Part shown: piece after piece, positions 26,488-38,743 of the stretch | Layout of the letters: every line of letters starts with the position of its first letter | Numbering within the stretch: the stretch's first letter is position 1 | Source of the DNA: Octopus sinensis | Lineage: Eukaryota | Length of the DNA: 41,818 nucleotides | Assembly: GCF_006345805.1 (NCBI RefSeq) | Contig: NW_021835258.1 | Coordinates: 1 to 41,818, forward strand | Direction of reading: 5' to 3' | Program-made: the position numbers and the translations under genes | Notes under the pieces: model-generated | What the model saw: the letters and a program-made list of their open reading frames with translations, nothing else | The model's database searches: none | Told to the model about the DNA's origin: nothing

Positions 26488-26678
26488 AGAATATGCTTCA
26501 ACACACAAACTCACATAAATAATCTTGGAAACCAAATCCAAAAAGGATGAACGGCAACGAGAAACTCAGAGTAACAGATTTTGTTGAATTTTCTGCTGCT
26601 TTAAATAAAGCATATTACTCTGCCACTGGTATTTGAGTACTCTTTTTTCACCTTGTTTCACATTTACGTCTTTACTCC

Positions 26679-26758
<80 letters not shown>

Positions 26759-27176
26759 GATATAGATAGATAGATAGATAGATAGATAGGTAGATATACA
26801 CACACATAGGCTCTCATATGCTGATCGATGCACATCGTCTGACGGTGGGGTTTCAAGCGTTTGGGCGATTTAACTACCTGTTCCTTGCCTTATACTATCC
26901 TGTTAGTTGCTGAGCGCTTGTCCTTAACTTAAAGCCCTCCGGCAGAGACAGCGTGGTATAGTGTGTGACAAAACTGCATCATTTCATTTCCCAGTACATT
27001 CCACCGATGGGTTTCTATGGAGTAGAAACTGCACACTTTTGTCCCCAAGGTATGGCACAAGTCAGAGCTATTTAAGGGGCGTTGGCTCCTTATACCAGAC
27101 AGTGGGATACAAACATCGTACTCATAGCTGCAAAATGGGAACCTTACAAAACAGTTTAATCTTACCAATGAATAAA

Positions 27177-27334
27177 AAGACATTTTGGTGTGAAGATTAG
27201 AACCAGTTTTCCCGGTTTATGAAAGTTTAACAAGGAACTCACAACATGATCTGGCAATAATGTCCTTCAGATCTGGAAAGCATGTTTGTCTTGTCGCAAT
27301 AATGAGCTTTCAATAATAAAATTCTTTGACCAAA
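27177..27334. repeat. 158-bp direct repeat, copy 2
   Basis: Matches 24316-24473. Confidence 0.9.
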
Positions 27335-27379
27335 ACTAGATAAAGTAGCTATGTACTTTCTCTCAAAATGTACCTTCTA

Positions 27380-27582
27380 CTATAGGCACAAGGCCTGAAA
27401 ATTTGGAGGAGAGTGTTAGTAGATTTCACCAACCCCCAGTATGCAAATGGTACTTGTTCTATAGACTCCGAAAGGATGAAAGGCAAAGTCAACCTCGGTG
27501 GCATTTGAACTCACAACGCAAAGACGGATGAATTGTCAGTAAGCATTTTGTCTGATGTTATGATGATTTGGCCAACTCACCG
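27380..27582 (-). mobile_element. SINE family A-related, diverged
   Basis: gaaaggatgaaaggcaaagtcaacctcggtggcatttgaactc matches the family A core. Confidence 0.8.
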
Positions 27583-28415
27583 CGTTCAAAGATTAATTTA
27601 TAAAACAACAAACAAACCTCAAAACACAAACAAAAAAGAAACAAAGAACAAATAGTGACAAAAGTAAGTCATGGGAAATAAGAATAGCTCTGTTCATGTG
27701 AAAATATTGGCTTAAATGTATAAGAATGATATGTTTAGTCACACATTATCATTCAATACTGATTATCTTCACACCAGAAACACACTTTCGGTACATAATG
27801 CTGTTTGTTAATTCTTTTCTTCTTTTTACATTTTAATTCTCATTTATAATCCTAATACAATTTCGTAGTCTATTCTCTGATACCTTAATTCGCATGATAT
27901 CGCAAAAAAATTTCTAATAACATCTGCTAAATTATACATACCGAGTACACGTCGCCTATTAGAGAAATAAATTCAATTAGTTTTACAAATTTATACAATT
28001 ATTTAGTAAAAATCTGCTCATTATCGAAACGAAGTAGACACAGTGATGTTAATATAATTAACATAAATCTTTTCCAAGAATGAATTTCGTTTCAGATTCT
28101 TAGAAATTTACCATTTCTTAAATGGAAGCTGTACAATTAAATATGATTCAAGCTGCACCTGAAGAGATTTTAAATCAATTTTTTATAGAAAAAAATTCAG
28201 TAATTTTTGATTACACTAAAATGCTGAAAATAGTAAAAATATTAAATATATTAATTCTGACTTCCCAGGTCATCCAACTCAGAGTTTATAGAGTTATGAT
28301 AGCGGGCAAATAAAATTACGTATTATATCACCTTGTTTCATAAACCATTCTAAATATTATTATTATTGTTGCTGTTGTTGTTGTTGTTCTTGTTCTTCTT
28401 GTTCTTCTTGTTCTT

Positions 28416-28446
<31 letters not shown>

Positions 28447-28481
28447 TTATTATTATTTTTATTATTGTTATTATTATTATT

Positions 28482-28674
28482 GTTTATGGGTTTTTCTTCT
28501 TTCAAATTTGCTTCCATTTCTTGCCGAGTGTCTTCCCGACACTTAGGGCAAAGAAACTCATAGTATACATTGGTAGGCCATTAAACTAAACTCACTAGTT
28601 GGTTCTTTTTTTTTATAGGAATAAAGTTAAATTAAAATACATGAGTAGTAATAGTTCTCACATCAACAATGCTC

Positions 28675-28675
<1 letters not shown>
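28482..28675 (-). mobile_element. 3' end of an R4/Dong-type non-LTR retrotransposon inserted in (AAT)n
   Basis: Minus strand aga gca ttg ttg atg tga ... tgccctaagtgtcgggaagacactcggcaagaaatggaagcaaatttgaa is homologous to 32461-32640; (TTA)n on both sides. Confidence 0.75.
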
Positions 28676-28736
<61 letters not shown>

Positions 28737-29109
28737 GCATGATTAACAATTGAATTTTCTATACACAGTTAAGCATATTGATTGCTTTGACACGCTATAT
28801 GAGTCGTGCACTTGATCGTAGAAACAAGGCAGGGTACTAAAAACCTACAGAGATTAGGTTTGGACTTCATCTTTCCGGACTGGAGAGAGAACGGATTTGG
28901 AACCGATCCTTTTCTGTATTTGGGTTTGTTACTCTCAGAATTGAAACAAATTGTTTTCTATGCAAGGCGGGAGGGGGGGTGAGGGGTTGACAGTGGTCGT
29001 TTTCGCAGAAATTGAACAAAATTGAGCTTGGGATAGGGTGACCTAGGTGACACAAATGGGAATAATATGATATACAAACAGTATAATGGAGAGATTAATG
29101 TGAAGAGCA

Positions 29110-29555
29110 AAGAGTAATGGGAAGAGGAAGTGGAGAAGGAAGAGGGGAAGGAGAAGAAGAATAAAACGAAGAAAGAGGAAGAAGAAGGGAGGAGTAGAGA
29201 GAAGGAAATAATTAGAAAATGAAGAAGTAAAGGAATAAGGAAAAAGAGGCGAGGCAGAAGAAGTGAAAAGAGGAAAGAGAGAATGATGAGATGAAGATGA
29301 AATGATGATAACGTAGGAGAGGAGGAGGAGGAGAAAAAGACGAAGAGGAAAGAAAAAGGAGGAAGGAGTAGAAAGAAGGAAATAACTAGGAAAAGAAGGA
29401 GTATTGGAATAAGGAGGAGAGAGGGAGGAGGCATAAGAGGCGAAAAGAAGAAGAGGCGAATGATGAGAAGATGAAGATGAAGATGAGATGATGATGAAAA
29501 CGAGGAAGGAGGAGAGGAAGGAGGAGGAGGAGGAGAAGACGAAGAAAAGAAGGAA
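29110..29555. repeat. Purine-rich (GAA/GGA/GAT) low-complexity tract
   Basis: Direct reading. Confidence 0.85.
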
Positions 29556-29702
29556 ACTTTCTTAAAATACAGAGTTTAAATGAACACCGAATGGATATGA
29601 AGCAATTTATTGATATATCTCTAGTTTATAAAATATTATTATTTATATGATACGTAAACATACACTCATTTATATATGTAATATGTAAATATAAATATAT
29701 AC

Positions 29703-29766
<64 letters not shown>

Positions 29767-29780
29767 ATATATATATATAA

Positions 29781-29814
<34 letters not shown>

Positions 29815-30157
29815 TATAAAGTTCTATTCACTGTTAACAATTTGTTTACTATTCAAATAATTTTATTGTTTTGCTGCCAATCAAATATACTAAATTGATT
29901 TATGCTATCGATCGCGTTGCGTGCACCATTATTAATGCACAATGCGTTTGTCTATAGACTTTATTCATGAAATCCCATATTGAATTTTATGCGAGTTAGT
30001 TAATCATATCTCTATAATTCGTTTCCAATATGTGTTTGTATTTAATCTATAACATATGTTTTCAGAAATTCTATCGTATTAAAATGTAAAATGTTTTGGG
30101 TCGACTTTTACCATTACTTTTAGCTTTGATTTCAATATTGCTTTGTTCCATTACCGT

Positions 30158-30168
30158 TTTTATTATTA

Positions 30169-30213
<45 letters not shown>

Positions 30214-30545
30214 TATTATTATTATTATTGTTGTTATTATTATTATTATTATTATCGTTATTTATGATTTGTTTTAGATTTTATTTTGCGGAAACAATTC
30301 AACTATTCATTCAAAAATTTGATTTAAAATTTTATATTTAACACACACACAACACAACAACAACAACAAAGACCTACGAATACACTAATAACAAGAACAA
30401 CAATCACAAGAAGAAGAAAGAGGAGAAGAAGAAGAAGAAGAAGAAGAAGAAGAACAACAACAACAACAACAACAGCAGTAGCAGTAATAATAGTAATAAT
30501 AATAATAATATTATTAATAATAATAATAATAATGATAATAATAAT
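30158..30545. repeat. (TTA)n and (CAA)/(GAA)/(AAT)n trinucleotide tracts
   Basis: Direct reading. Confidence 0.9.
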
Positions 30546-31399
30546 CTTTCCATTCTGTTGCTCCATTCACTATTCCAGTTGGATTCTCAAGCGTAATAAA
30601 TTCATTCTATGAATATTCTTCAAGTATTTTGACCTACTTCTAGGTCTCCTGCCGCACTGTTTCTCTTAAAGAATCCATCTTGCAATTCTCACCTGTACTA
30701 ACGTATCTAACTGTGACCTTTCAATTCGGTGATGTGGCGGATCGATGTGTAACGAATCCCAGACCTCCGAGCTACAAACCCTGTCGAATAACGTTACGCC
30801 AGCGATCAACCATGGTCTTTCGGTCTTTACTCAACACTCAAGACCACAGGAGATGGCATCGCCCAAAACCGAAACGAAGTTATCAAGTTAACCCCTTTTT
30901 ATTAAAATCTCGACTTCAATCGTCTTTCGGTATTACTAAAACATGTTACAAAACAATTAGAATCGGTCCCATATTTTGATAAAAATGTAAAAAATAATTA
31001 ATCCCTATGGTCTGTGATAATGTTTCCATTTTCTTATTTTTGGCTTCTAATACACAAACACACTCGCGTGTTTGTGTTTGTTTATGTATATCATTCCTGT
31101 ATGCAGTAACGGTTTTTTTTTTATCTCCTTTGGTTCTCGCTCTTCATTTCTCTCTGCAATAGAGCGTAGGCCCGAAACGTTAAACACTTCCATTTTTCTG
31201 GGCATCAAACCTATTCACTTTGTCTTTATGCCACATGTCTTTCTTCTTTTGTACATGTTTATACAAATATTTATACACACACACACACATATACGCATGT
31301 ATATGTATACATATATGCACTCACATGCGCACACAGACATACAGACACATACATACATATATGATTATATATATCACACACTTACATATATATATATAT

Positions 31400-31434
<35 letters not shown>

Positions 31435-32094
31435 ATTATATATACGGAGAGAGAGCAAGGGAGAGAGAGAGAAGGAGAAAGGATGGAGAGAGAGAGAGAG
31501 TGAAGGTTATAGGCGGATTTCATACTGATTTTGACCATTCCGTTTCACTACAACTTATTTCTCTTTTATCGATTCTGTTCAACGCATACTCACCATTCCA
31601 TGAAGTTATAATTTCATCACAGAATGTCAAACATTGCATTTCACATAAGATAGACAATAGCTTTGCATGGAAACCTTAGAAATATCTCTGTTGGCATTGA
31701 ATATTATAACCTTCGTATGATATCAGAATTGTAGTGACATAAACGATTGTTTCGCTGCGGCACCGCATTGTCCATGTTAAAGATCGTTAACTCGTATCCT
31801 CTCAATCGCTGAAGCATGGTGATCTTCAAAGTCATCGTCATTTAAAAGGCGTTAAGCCAGCTCACCTACCTGTAAATATGTACCTTGAGACCCATAAATA
31901 TATGTTTCTTTGAAACACAATGAAATTTTACATTCGATCTGCTGTACCTCACGTGACTACTTTATGAGTTTAGCGGATTCTGAACTCTGGTCTCCGGGAA
32001 ACAGTTTCCTTTACGCTATCCTCCAAGAAAAACTTAAAATCGGGATACAGACGCTGATCTATCTTGTTCTCACAAAATACTAATAACAATAACA

Positions 32095-32207
32095 ATTATT
32101 TACATTATTTACATTTGACGGATATATGTGCCCACGGGCATATAGCATAGTGGTTAAGAGCGCGGGCTACTAACCCCAAGATTTTGAGTTCGATTCCAAG
32201 TAGTGAG

Positions 32208-32257
<50 letters not shown>

Positions 32258-32850
32258 GACAAGATTAGTGAATATAAAAGACCTGCTAATAGAAATTGAA
32301 AAAATGTGGCATCTCAAGGCGACTACAGTACCAGTGATTGTAGGATCTCTAGGAATGATAAAAAAAGGTACTGAAACCTATTTGAAAATGATTCCAGGCT
32401 TACCATCCCTACAGGAAGTGCAAAAAAATCATGTTAACTGGAACGGCTCATGAACTGAGAAGAGGATTATTGCTGTGAAAACAACATCCATTCATGAATT
32501 TATTTATTTATTAATTTTCAAATACATATTTTATCTGTGAATTTGCGTGTGTAATCTGGGAATGCATACAATGCCCTTCTCTGCCCTAGGTGTATGGAAA
32601 AGACTCGGCGAGAAACGGAAGAAAATTTGAAGAAAGAAGGAAAAAAAAAATAATAATAACATCGAAAAATACCTTAGGAATGAGAACCCAGGTTCAAAAT
32701 TTCTCCAAGACATCTGATGAGGGCTGGAGGGTATATCAGCCGAATCGTTGCATTAACAACAAACAAGCTGAGGACAAATATCCGTCAATTGTAATTTAAT
32801 GTAAAAAATGTAAATAATGTACATAATTCCTCATCTCTTAAATATAGAAC
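32095..32850 (+). mobile_element. tRNA-headed SINE-like element with hammerhead-like tail and inverted terminal segment, interrupted by an R4/Dong fragment
   Basis: A box TAGCATAGTGG 32143-32153; B box GTTCGATTC 32188-32196; (AAT)n linker; CTGATGA-gGGCTG...CAGCC-GAAtCGTT at 32714-32749. The segment 32095-32125 is an imperfect reverse complement of about 32778-32810. Confidence 0.65.
32257..32650 (+). pseudogene. C-terminus and 3' UTR of an R4/Dong-type (restriction-like endonuclease) retrotransposon
   Basis: KDLLIEIEKMWHLKATTVPVIVGSLGMIKKGTETYLKMIPGLPSLQEVQK, then after a frameshift in the A-run KIMLTGTAHELRRGLLL* (stop 32476-32478). This is the typical RLE-domain tail (PVVIGALG...LGTAHILRR). 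A-run 3' end; (AAT)n on both sides. Confidence 0.85.
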
Positions 32851-32865
32851 TCAACAATAACAATA

Positions 32866-33030
32866 GTTTCAAATTTGGACAAAGAGTCAGTAGCTGATTG
32901 GTGGGGAAAGAGGTCAATTAAATTGATCCCGGTCCCTGATTGGTAGTTGTTTTATTCACTTCGAAAGGATAATCGTTCAAGTCGTCTTCGGCGAAGTATG
33001 AACTGAGGACGCAAAGACGGGCGAAATGTC
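32866..33030 (-). mobile_element. SINE family A-related, strongly diverged
   Basis: cgaaaggataa...aagtcgtcttcggcgaagtatgaactga resembles the family A core. Confidence 0.6.
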
Positions 33031-33320
33031 GAATCAAATGAAAAAAAAAGAAAATATATAAAAAAAAAATGAAAGAACTACACAAATTCCATGGAAGTTC
33101 CTCCAAATCTGTGAGATTTTCGGAGAAAACTTCGAAGATCACACTCATCTGAGTCGCGATAGCAAAGCACGCTATGTTACCGCTACCTCTTTAATCTACA
33201 TGCGCATCATCACAGGAAGCTTATTCACTGGGATAATGCGGGAGAGTTAATACCTCAACAAAGTTTCAAACGCAGATATATATTTAAGTACATACGTACA
33301 TGCCTTCATATGTGTCTGTG

Positions 33321-33465
<145 letters not shown>

Positions 33466-33875
33466 TTATTTATCTATTCTTCTTCAATACGACAGAAACT
33501 ATATAGATTCATGAGGAGATGTTTGACTTGTTGCGGATTAATGCAACCACATTATTGCTGGCGCCACGGCGAAATATAATATATATATTAAATATACATA
33601 CATACGTAAGTATATATATATATATATACTTCGTCTCTCTCTCAGTCTCTGTCTGTACACACACAAACATATATATATGTATATAGGTATATAGTATATA
33701 TACATGTGAATGTGTTTTGTGAGTGTACATATTTTATCTCTCTATCTATCTATATATATATATATACACACACAAACGCCCCCCACACACATAGACATTC
33801 ACATATATATACATATATATCTATATCTATCTATCTATCTATCTATATATATATAAATATATATATATGTATATA

Positions 33876-33928
<53 letters not shown>

Positions 33929-34489
33929 ATTGTATATATATATAGCCATGCCATGCGAATTAGTCTCACTACAGTGTGCCGTTTATATATTTACATTCAC
34001 ATAAAAATTATTGGTTACGAAGCAAAATAGAACACAAAGTGAAACAAAACATTCCACCACAAGAATATATCATTTAAATATATCTGCTCAGATCGCTTCC
34101 ATATATGGTATTGATTCTACTTGTCCCTGCTATAAACACGGATATTTTTATGTATAAACCTAACACTAGTGACAATTTTGTAACAGAATTTTGCAAGGAA
34201 TATCATTGTTTTGTTTTTGTTAATCGTTATTTGTTTTTTTTTTTTGTATGTTATTATTTATGGTAAATGTAACCTATAGAATGGAATATTTCTAGTAATA
34301 TATGTCTTTTTGAGAAGAGCATGGCATCGAGTCAAATATGTTAATGGAGAAAATAAAATATTAAAAGAAAACTCTTAATAAACAAATAATAAAACAAACT
34401 AATGATAAAAACACTCAAATAAATTGATATTCTGGAAGGAAATACTGAAATTACTTTCAATTAAGAAGAGTCTCTTTGTATCACAAACA

Positions 34490-34529
<40 letters not shown>

Positions 34530-34912
34530 AACACACACACAACACACACACACACACACGCACGCATAAACACAAACTTACGTATGTACATACGCATGCG
34601 CACATGCACAGACGTAAATACAAGCTTGTGTGCGCATATATTTATATACACACGCTACCTTATGGTTATACATGCCTAAAAGCATGATCTACACTATACA
34701 CAGTTTCATGTACTATTGTACATGAAACCGTATATTGATATGCATGTGTGTGCATGTGGTGTGTGTATGTGTGCATGTGTTGTGTGTGTGTGTACATGTG
34801 TGTTGTGTGTGTGTGTCTATGGAAGCACTTCTGTTGCCAACAACAGATGTTTCCACAATTGATAATATATATGTATACATATATATGATATAATATATAT
34901 GTATATTTATGT

Positions 34913-34955
<43 letters not shown>

Positions 34956-35100
34956 TGATACATTATATATCTATATATATAATATATATATACATCTATA
35001 TAAATATAAATAAATATATATATATATATAAATATATATGTACCTATATGTATATGTGTGTGTGTGTCTGTGTATATATGTATGTATGTACATATGTATA

Positions 35101-35455
35101 TACCAGGTGCGTTCAAAACGTACACCACTTTCCTTTATCCGACATAACTAAATCATTTAAGTGACACCAGCTTTCCTGCTCATACGCAAAAATTTCCGCG
35201 CCGGTAGGCAGTCACAGCCCCCCCCCCGCCGGTCTGACCAAAGTAGACGCGTCTATTTTCGAGCACGTCGGATTTCTGTTTACACGTAAGATGAACAAAA
35301 GCGTCGTTTAATAGGCCATAAACCCATATCTTATCACCAGCAATAGCGGTCTTCATGACTTCTGCATCGTGATTTGCACAGTCCAGCATGTCCTGAGCGG
35401 TTTCAATGACGATGTACTCACCTTGCCCCGCCAGCACCTTCGGTCTTCAGCTCTC
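35101..35455 (-). mobile_element. Deleted mariner-type transposon relic
   Basis: The minus-strand peptide AQDMLDCANHDAEVMKTAIAGDKIWVYG resembles the mariner first catalytic block (IITGDETWVYGYD). TA-ccaggtgcgttcaaaa at 35101 looks like a TIR end. Confidence 0.7.
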
Positions 35456-35484
35456 AGATACGTTTTGAATTGAATAAAACTCTG

Positions 35485-35597
<113 letters not shown>

Positions 35598-35658
35598 AGT
35601 ATCATAAAGTATCAAGCCATTAGAAGCTGCTTCGGTTGTGTTTTTAAAAGGTGTGTAT

Positions 35659-35756
<98 letters not shown>

Positions 35757-36636
35757 TATATATATAGTATGTATGTATGTATTATGTTGAAGTGTGCGGA
35801 GGTTCGAAAGCCCGAAATGAAAGGTTGTGAAACAAAGGATTTAATAATCGATGTAGACGTAGAGTTCCTTCCTATCGCTGCGTAGGAGGTCCACCAGCTG
35901 CTGTATGCTGGAAAAGGATGATAGGTGCTAAAGCGCAGACTTGATTGTGATATGAAAATCAATATGTATTTTATCATACATATTCTGTTTTTGTAGTACA
36001 TGTTTGCGAAGAATTACACGCTGGCTGGGCCTTTAGTTTCGTATGTCAGCTTACCACAAACATTCCATCGCTGCTAGGCCTTCCTATTAATTTGTATGCA
36101 TTCCGGCAACTCAGTAATAGATTTATTAAGTTAAATGCGTGGGTTTTATAAATCTAAAATTCTAAATGAGGAAATTATATAAAATTTATATAAAATGATT
36201 TTCCTCTTCCCTTTATGGATGTAAATATCCATCCAAGTATTATTAATAAGGGTTTCCAGTTGAAAGGATCGGTTGGTGATGATAAAACTAATGAAGTGCA
36301 TCGTTGCTTAAGGTTCTCTGTGACAGGCTAATGCTAGGTCAAAATGTGTAGGAAAGGTCGGCTTATGCAACTAAACATCTACATGCGGAGAAGAAAATCA
36401 ACAAATTCAAGCCCTGAAGCAAAGGTACTCACATAAATAAAAAACAAACTCAAATACATAATTTCATATGAGTGTATTTAAGAATATAAACATATTCAAA
36501 AATAGAGAAAAACAGACACCTACATATATGTGTATGTGTGTGTGTGAGCGTGGGTGTGTATTTGTGTCTGTGTTTGTGTGTCAGCAAAAACAGCAGTATG
36601 TCTATGTCTGTGTATTTGTATATAAATGTAAATAAA

Positions 36637-36677
<41 letters not shown>

Positions 36678-36680
<3 letters not shown>

Positions 36681-36913
36681 TCATCATCATCGTTTAACGT
36701 CCGCTTTCCATGCTAGCATGGGTTGGACGGTTCAACTGGGGTGTGGGAAGCCCGAAGGCTGCACCAGGCCAAACAGATCTGGCAGTGTTTCTACAGCTGG
36801 ATGCTCTTCCTAACGCCACCACTCCGTGAGTGTAGTGTGTGCTTTTTATGTGCCACCGACACAGGTGCCAGACGAGGCTGGCGAACGGCCACGCCTCGTC
36901 TGGCACCTGTGTC
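36678..36913 (-). mobile_element. Short retroposon with (GAT)n 3' tail and a terminal hairpin at its 5' end
   Basis: Minus strand ends aagcggacgttaaacgatgatgatgatga (RTE-like tail). 21-bp perfect inverted repeat at 36858-36878/36893-36913; TA tracts on both sides. Confidence 0.65.
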
Positions 36914-37043
36914 ATATATAAATATATATATATATATATTGTGTGTGTGTGGTGTGTGTGTGTGTGTTTGTGTGTATTGTGTGTGTGAGTGTGTGTATAC
37001 ATACTCATACATACACACATACATATATGTAAGGCACCAAAAG

Positions 37044-37390
37044 AGAATGACACTCCTTAGACACAACAGTATCCCAGCAATGCCATCACGCTTCAGGACC
37101 AGCTTCTGCAACAGCCTGGGTTTCAAGGGCCCACTGCTTTTTAATAATCTCCCTAAGAATCTGAGGAACTTGCACAAAGTAGATGTAGCAGTTTTTAAAT
37201 CAAAGCTGGACATCTTCCTGTCGAGAGTCCCAGATGAACCTACCTCACGGCAAGAGGTGCAAATGAGAGTAGCTGTATCAAACTCCATTCTTCACCAAGT
37301 GCCACATATTAGAGGAGGTTCTTCGTAATAATAGTGTAGCACAAAACGACGGTGCATCAGCATGGCCGCAGCTCTATGTGAAACAAGCAA
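37044..37390 (+). pseudogene. 3' end of a CR1/L2-group LINE ORF2 plus 3' UTR
   Basis: NSLGFKGPLLFNNLPKNLRNLHKVDVAVFKSKLDIFLSRVPDEP...SNSILHQ matches the WNxLP...FKxxLDxFL C-terminal motif of this LINE group; stop at 37326-37328. Confidence 0.82.
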
Positions 37391-37418
37391 ATATATATGT
37401 ATAATATATATATATTTA

Positions 37419-37458
<40 letters not shown>

Positions 37459-37650
37459 GTAGTTGAATGAATTATCTTAGTATGGATAATTCGGTTTAAC
37501 GATACCTGGTTAGCAATTCACGTCAGAAAACGCGGTTGAATCTACATGCCAAGGGCAGAGATCACATGCTTTCGTGTGGAAATTTGTGTGTTTTTTTAAT
37601 ACAAATAAATGAAGAGTAGAGTTGAACGACGATTTAACAAAATTCCTTTA

Positions 37651-37733
37651 TTCTCGACATTGTTTCGAAGGCTGCATATTCCTAATTTCGAAGGAATAAG
37701 GGGTGCATTATGCCGCCTTCTCATCAGGAAAAA
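37651..37733 (-). ncRNA. Type-I hammerhead ribozyme motif (left arm, intact core)
   Basis: Minus strand: TTTTC CTGATGA GAAGGC...GCCTTC GAAAC AAT GTC GAGAA. Stem I TTTTC/GAGAA has one G-U pair, stem II is extended, and the cleavage triplet is GUC. Confidence 0.82.
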
Positions 37734-37868
37734 CAAGGAACTTATGTCAGCATCATGATGAACAGAAATTTTAGATGACTACTGCCCACACAGAGCCCCA
37801 CGCTAGGGGCTCCGTGTGGGCAGTATCTAAAAGTTTTGTTCATCATGATGCTGACATAAGTTCCTTGT

Positions 37869-37951
37869 TTTTCGTGATGAGAAGGCGGCATAATGCACCC
37901 CTTATTCCTTCGAAATTAGGAATATGCAGCCTTCGAAACACATGTCGAGAA
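37869..37951 (+). ncRNA. Hammerhead motif, right arm, with C3-to-G core mutation (probably inactive)
   Basis: TTTTC GTGATGA GAAGGC...GCCTTC GAAAC ACAT GTC GAGAA; position 37874 is G instead of the conserved C. Confidence 0.7.
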
Positions 37952-37999
37952 TAAAGGAATTTTGTTAAATCGTCGTTCAACTCTATTCTTTCATTTATT

Positions 38000-38039
<40 letters not shown>

Positions 38040-38624
38040 TATGTATATATATATTTCTCTTTTGAAACTGTATTTGAGACTGTATTTGACGTAATGCAGC
38101 ATGCATTTACTATCTTGTGAAAGTCTCATCTCGCTTCGCTCTTGAAACTCCTTTTAATCAGCATCTGTTTGCTGATCTTGAGTAAGTCTCATTCCTTTCT
38201 CTCTTGATACTCTCGCCTTCGGTTTTCTACAATCCTCCTTGCTTTATATTGTTTCTGGAGAGATTACATTTCTTCTTTGGTGGCATCTTTCAATATTCTA
38301 AACCAAAAATTATGAACACAGAAAAAATTATACTTTCATCTCTATTTTTGTAAGCAGTTATATGTAATAATAAAGGTGAAACAATATTATACCACTGGAA
38401 AGAAAAAAAGATCTGAAGACGAAAGTGAAATAATAAAAGTGAAAAACTTAATGAAAGAATAAAAATGGAACAATACAACAAATCAAATGTGAAAGAATTA
38501 AAGTTAAGCATTATGATACCACTAAAAAACAATCGGAAGTGTCGTGTGGGGTGGGGCTACAACATTATGTATGGGAAAGGCCCAAAATTTGATCTCCCTA
38601 GAACCCTCCCCAAGTAATGGCAAA

Positions 38625-38743
38625 ATCTTCATGCCAAATTTGGTACAGATTGATCCAGCGGTTTGGCTGTGTGTTGAAGAAACACTCACAGACAGAAACA
38701 CATTCGCATACACACGCACAGTGAATTTTATAATATATGAGAT
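38625..38743 (-). mobile_element. Possible Helitron-derived fragment
   Basis: tgccaaatttgg...gatccagcggttt...cacagacaga...ttttataatatatgagat parallels the right end of 15202-15713. Confidence 0.45.

Larger units (their letters stand above)
37458..38004. mobile_element. Fold-back element with hammerhead motifs, probably a Penelope-like inverted pLTR remnant
   Basis: Arms about 37599-37799 and 37806-38004 with a 6-nt loop acgcta and several mismatches/indels. Unique left tail about 37458-37598; (TA)n on both sides. Confidence 0.8.

Noticed and set aside
32136-32206. Functional tRNA gene
   Set aside because: A and B boxes are present, but the acceptor and T stems pair poorly and it runs into a repeat body, so it is better explained as a SINE head.
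36723-37328. 201-aa ORF as a single gene
   Set aside because: It is a chance read-through of a SINE, microsatellites and a LINE 3' fragment.
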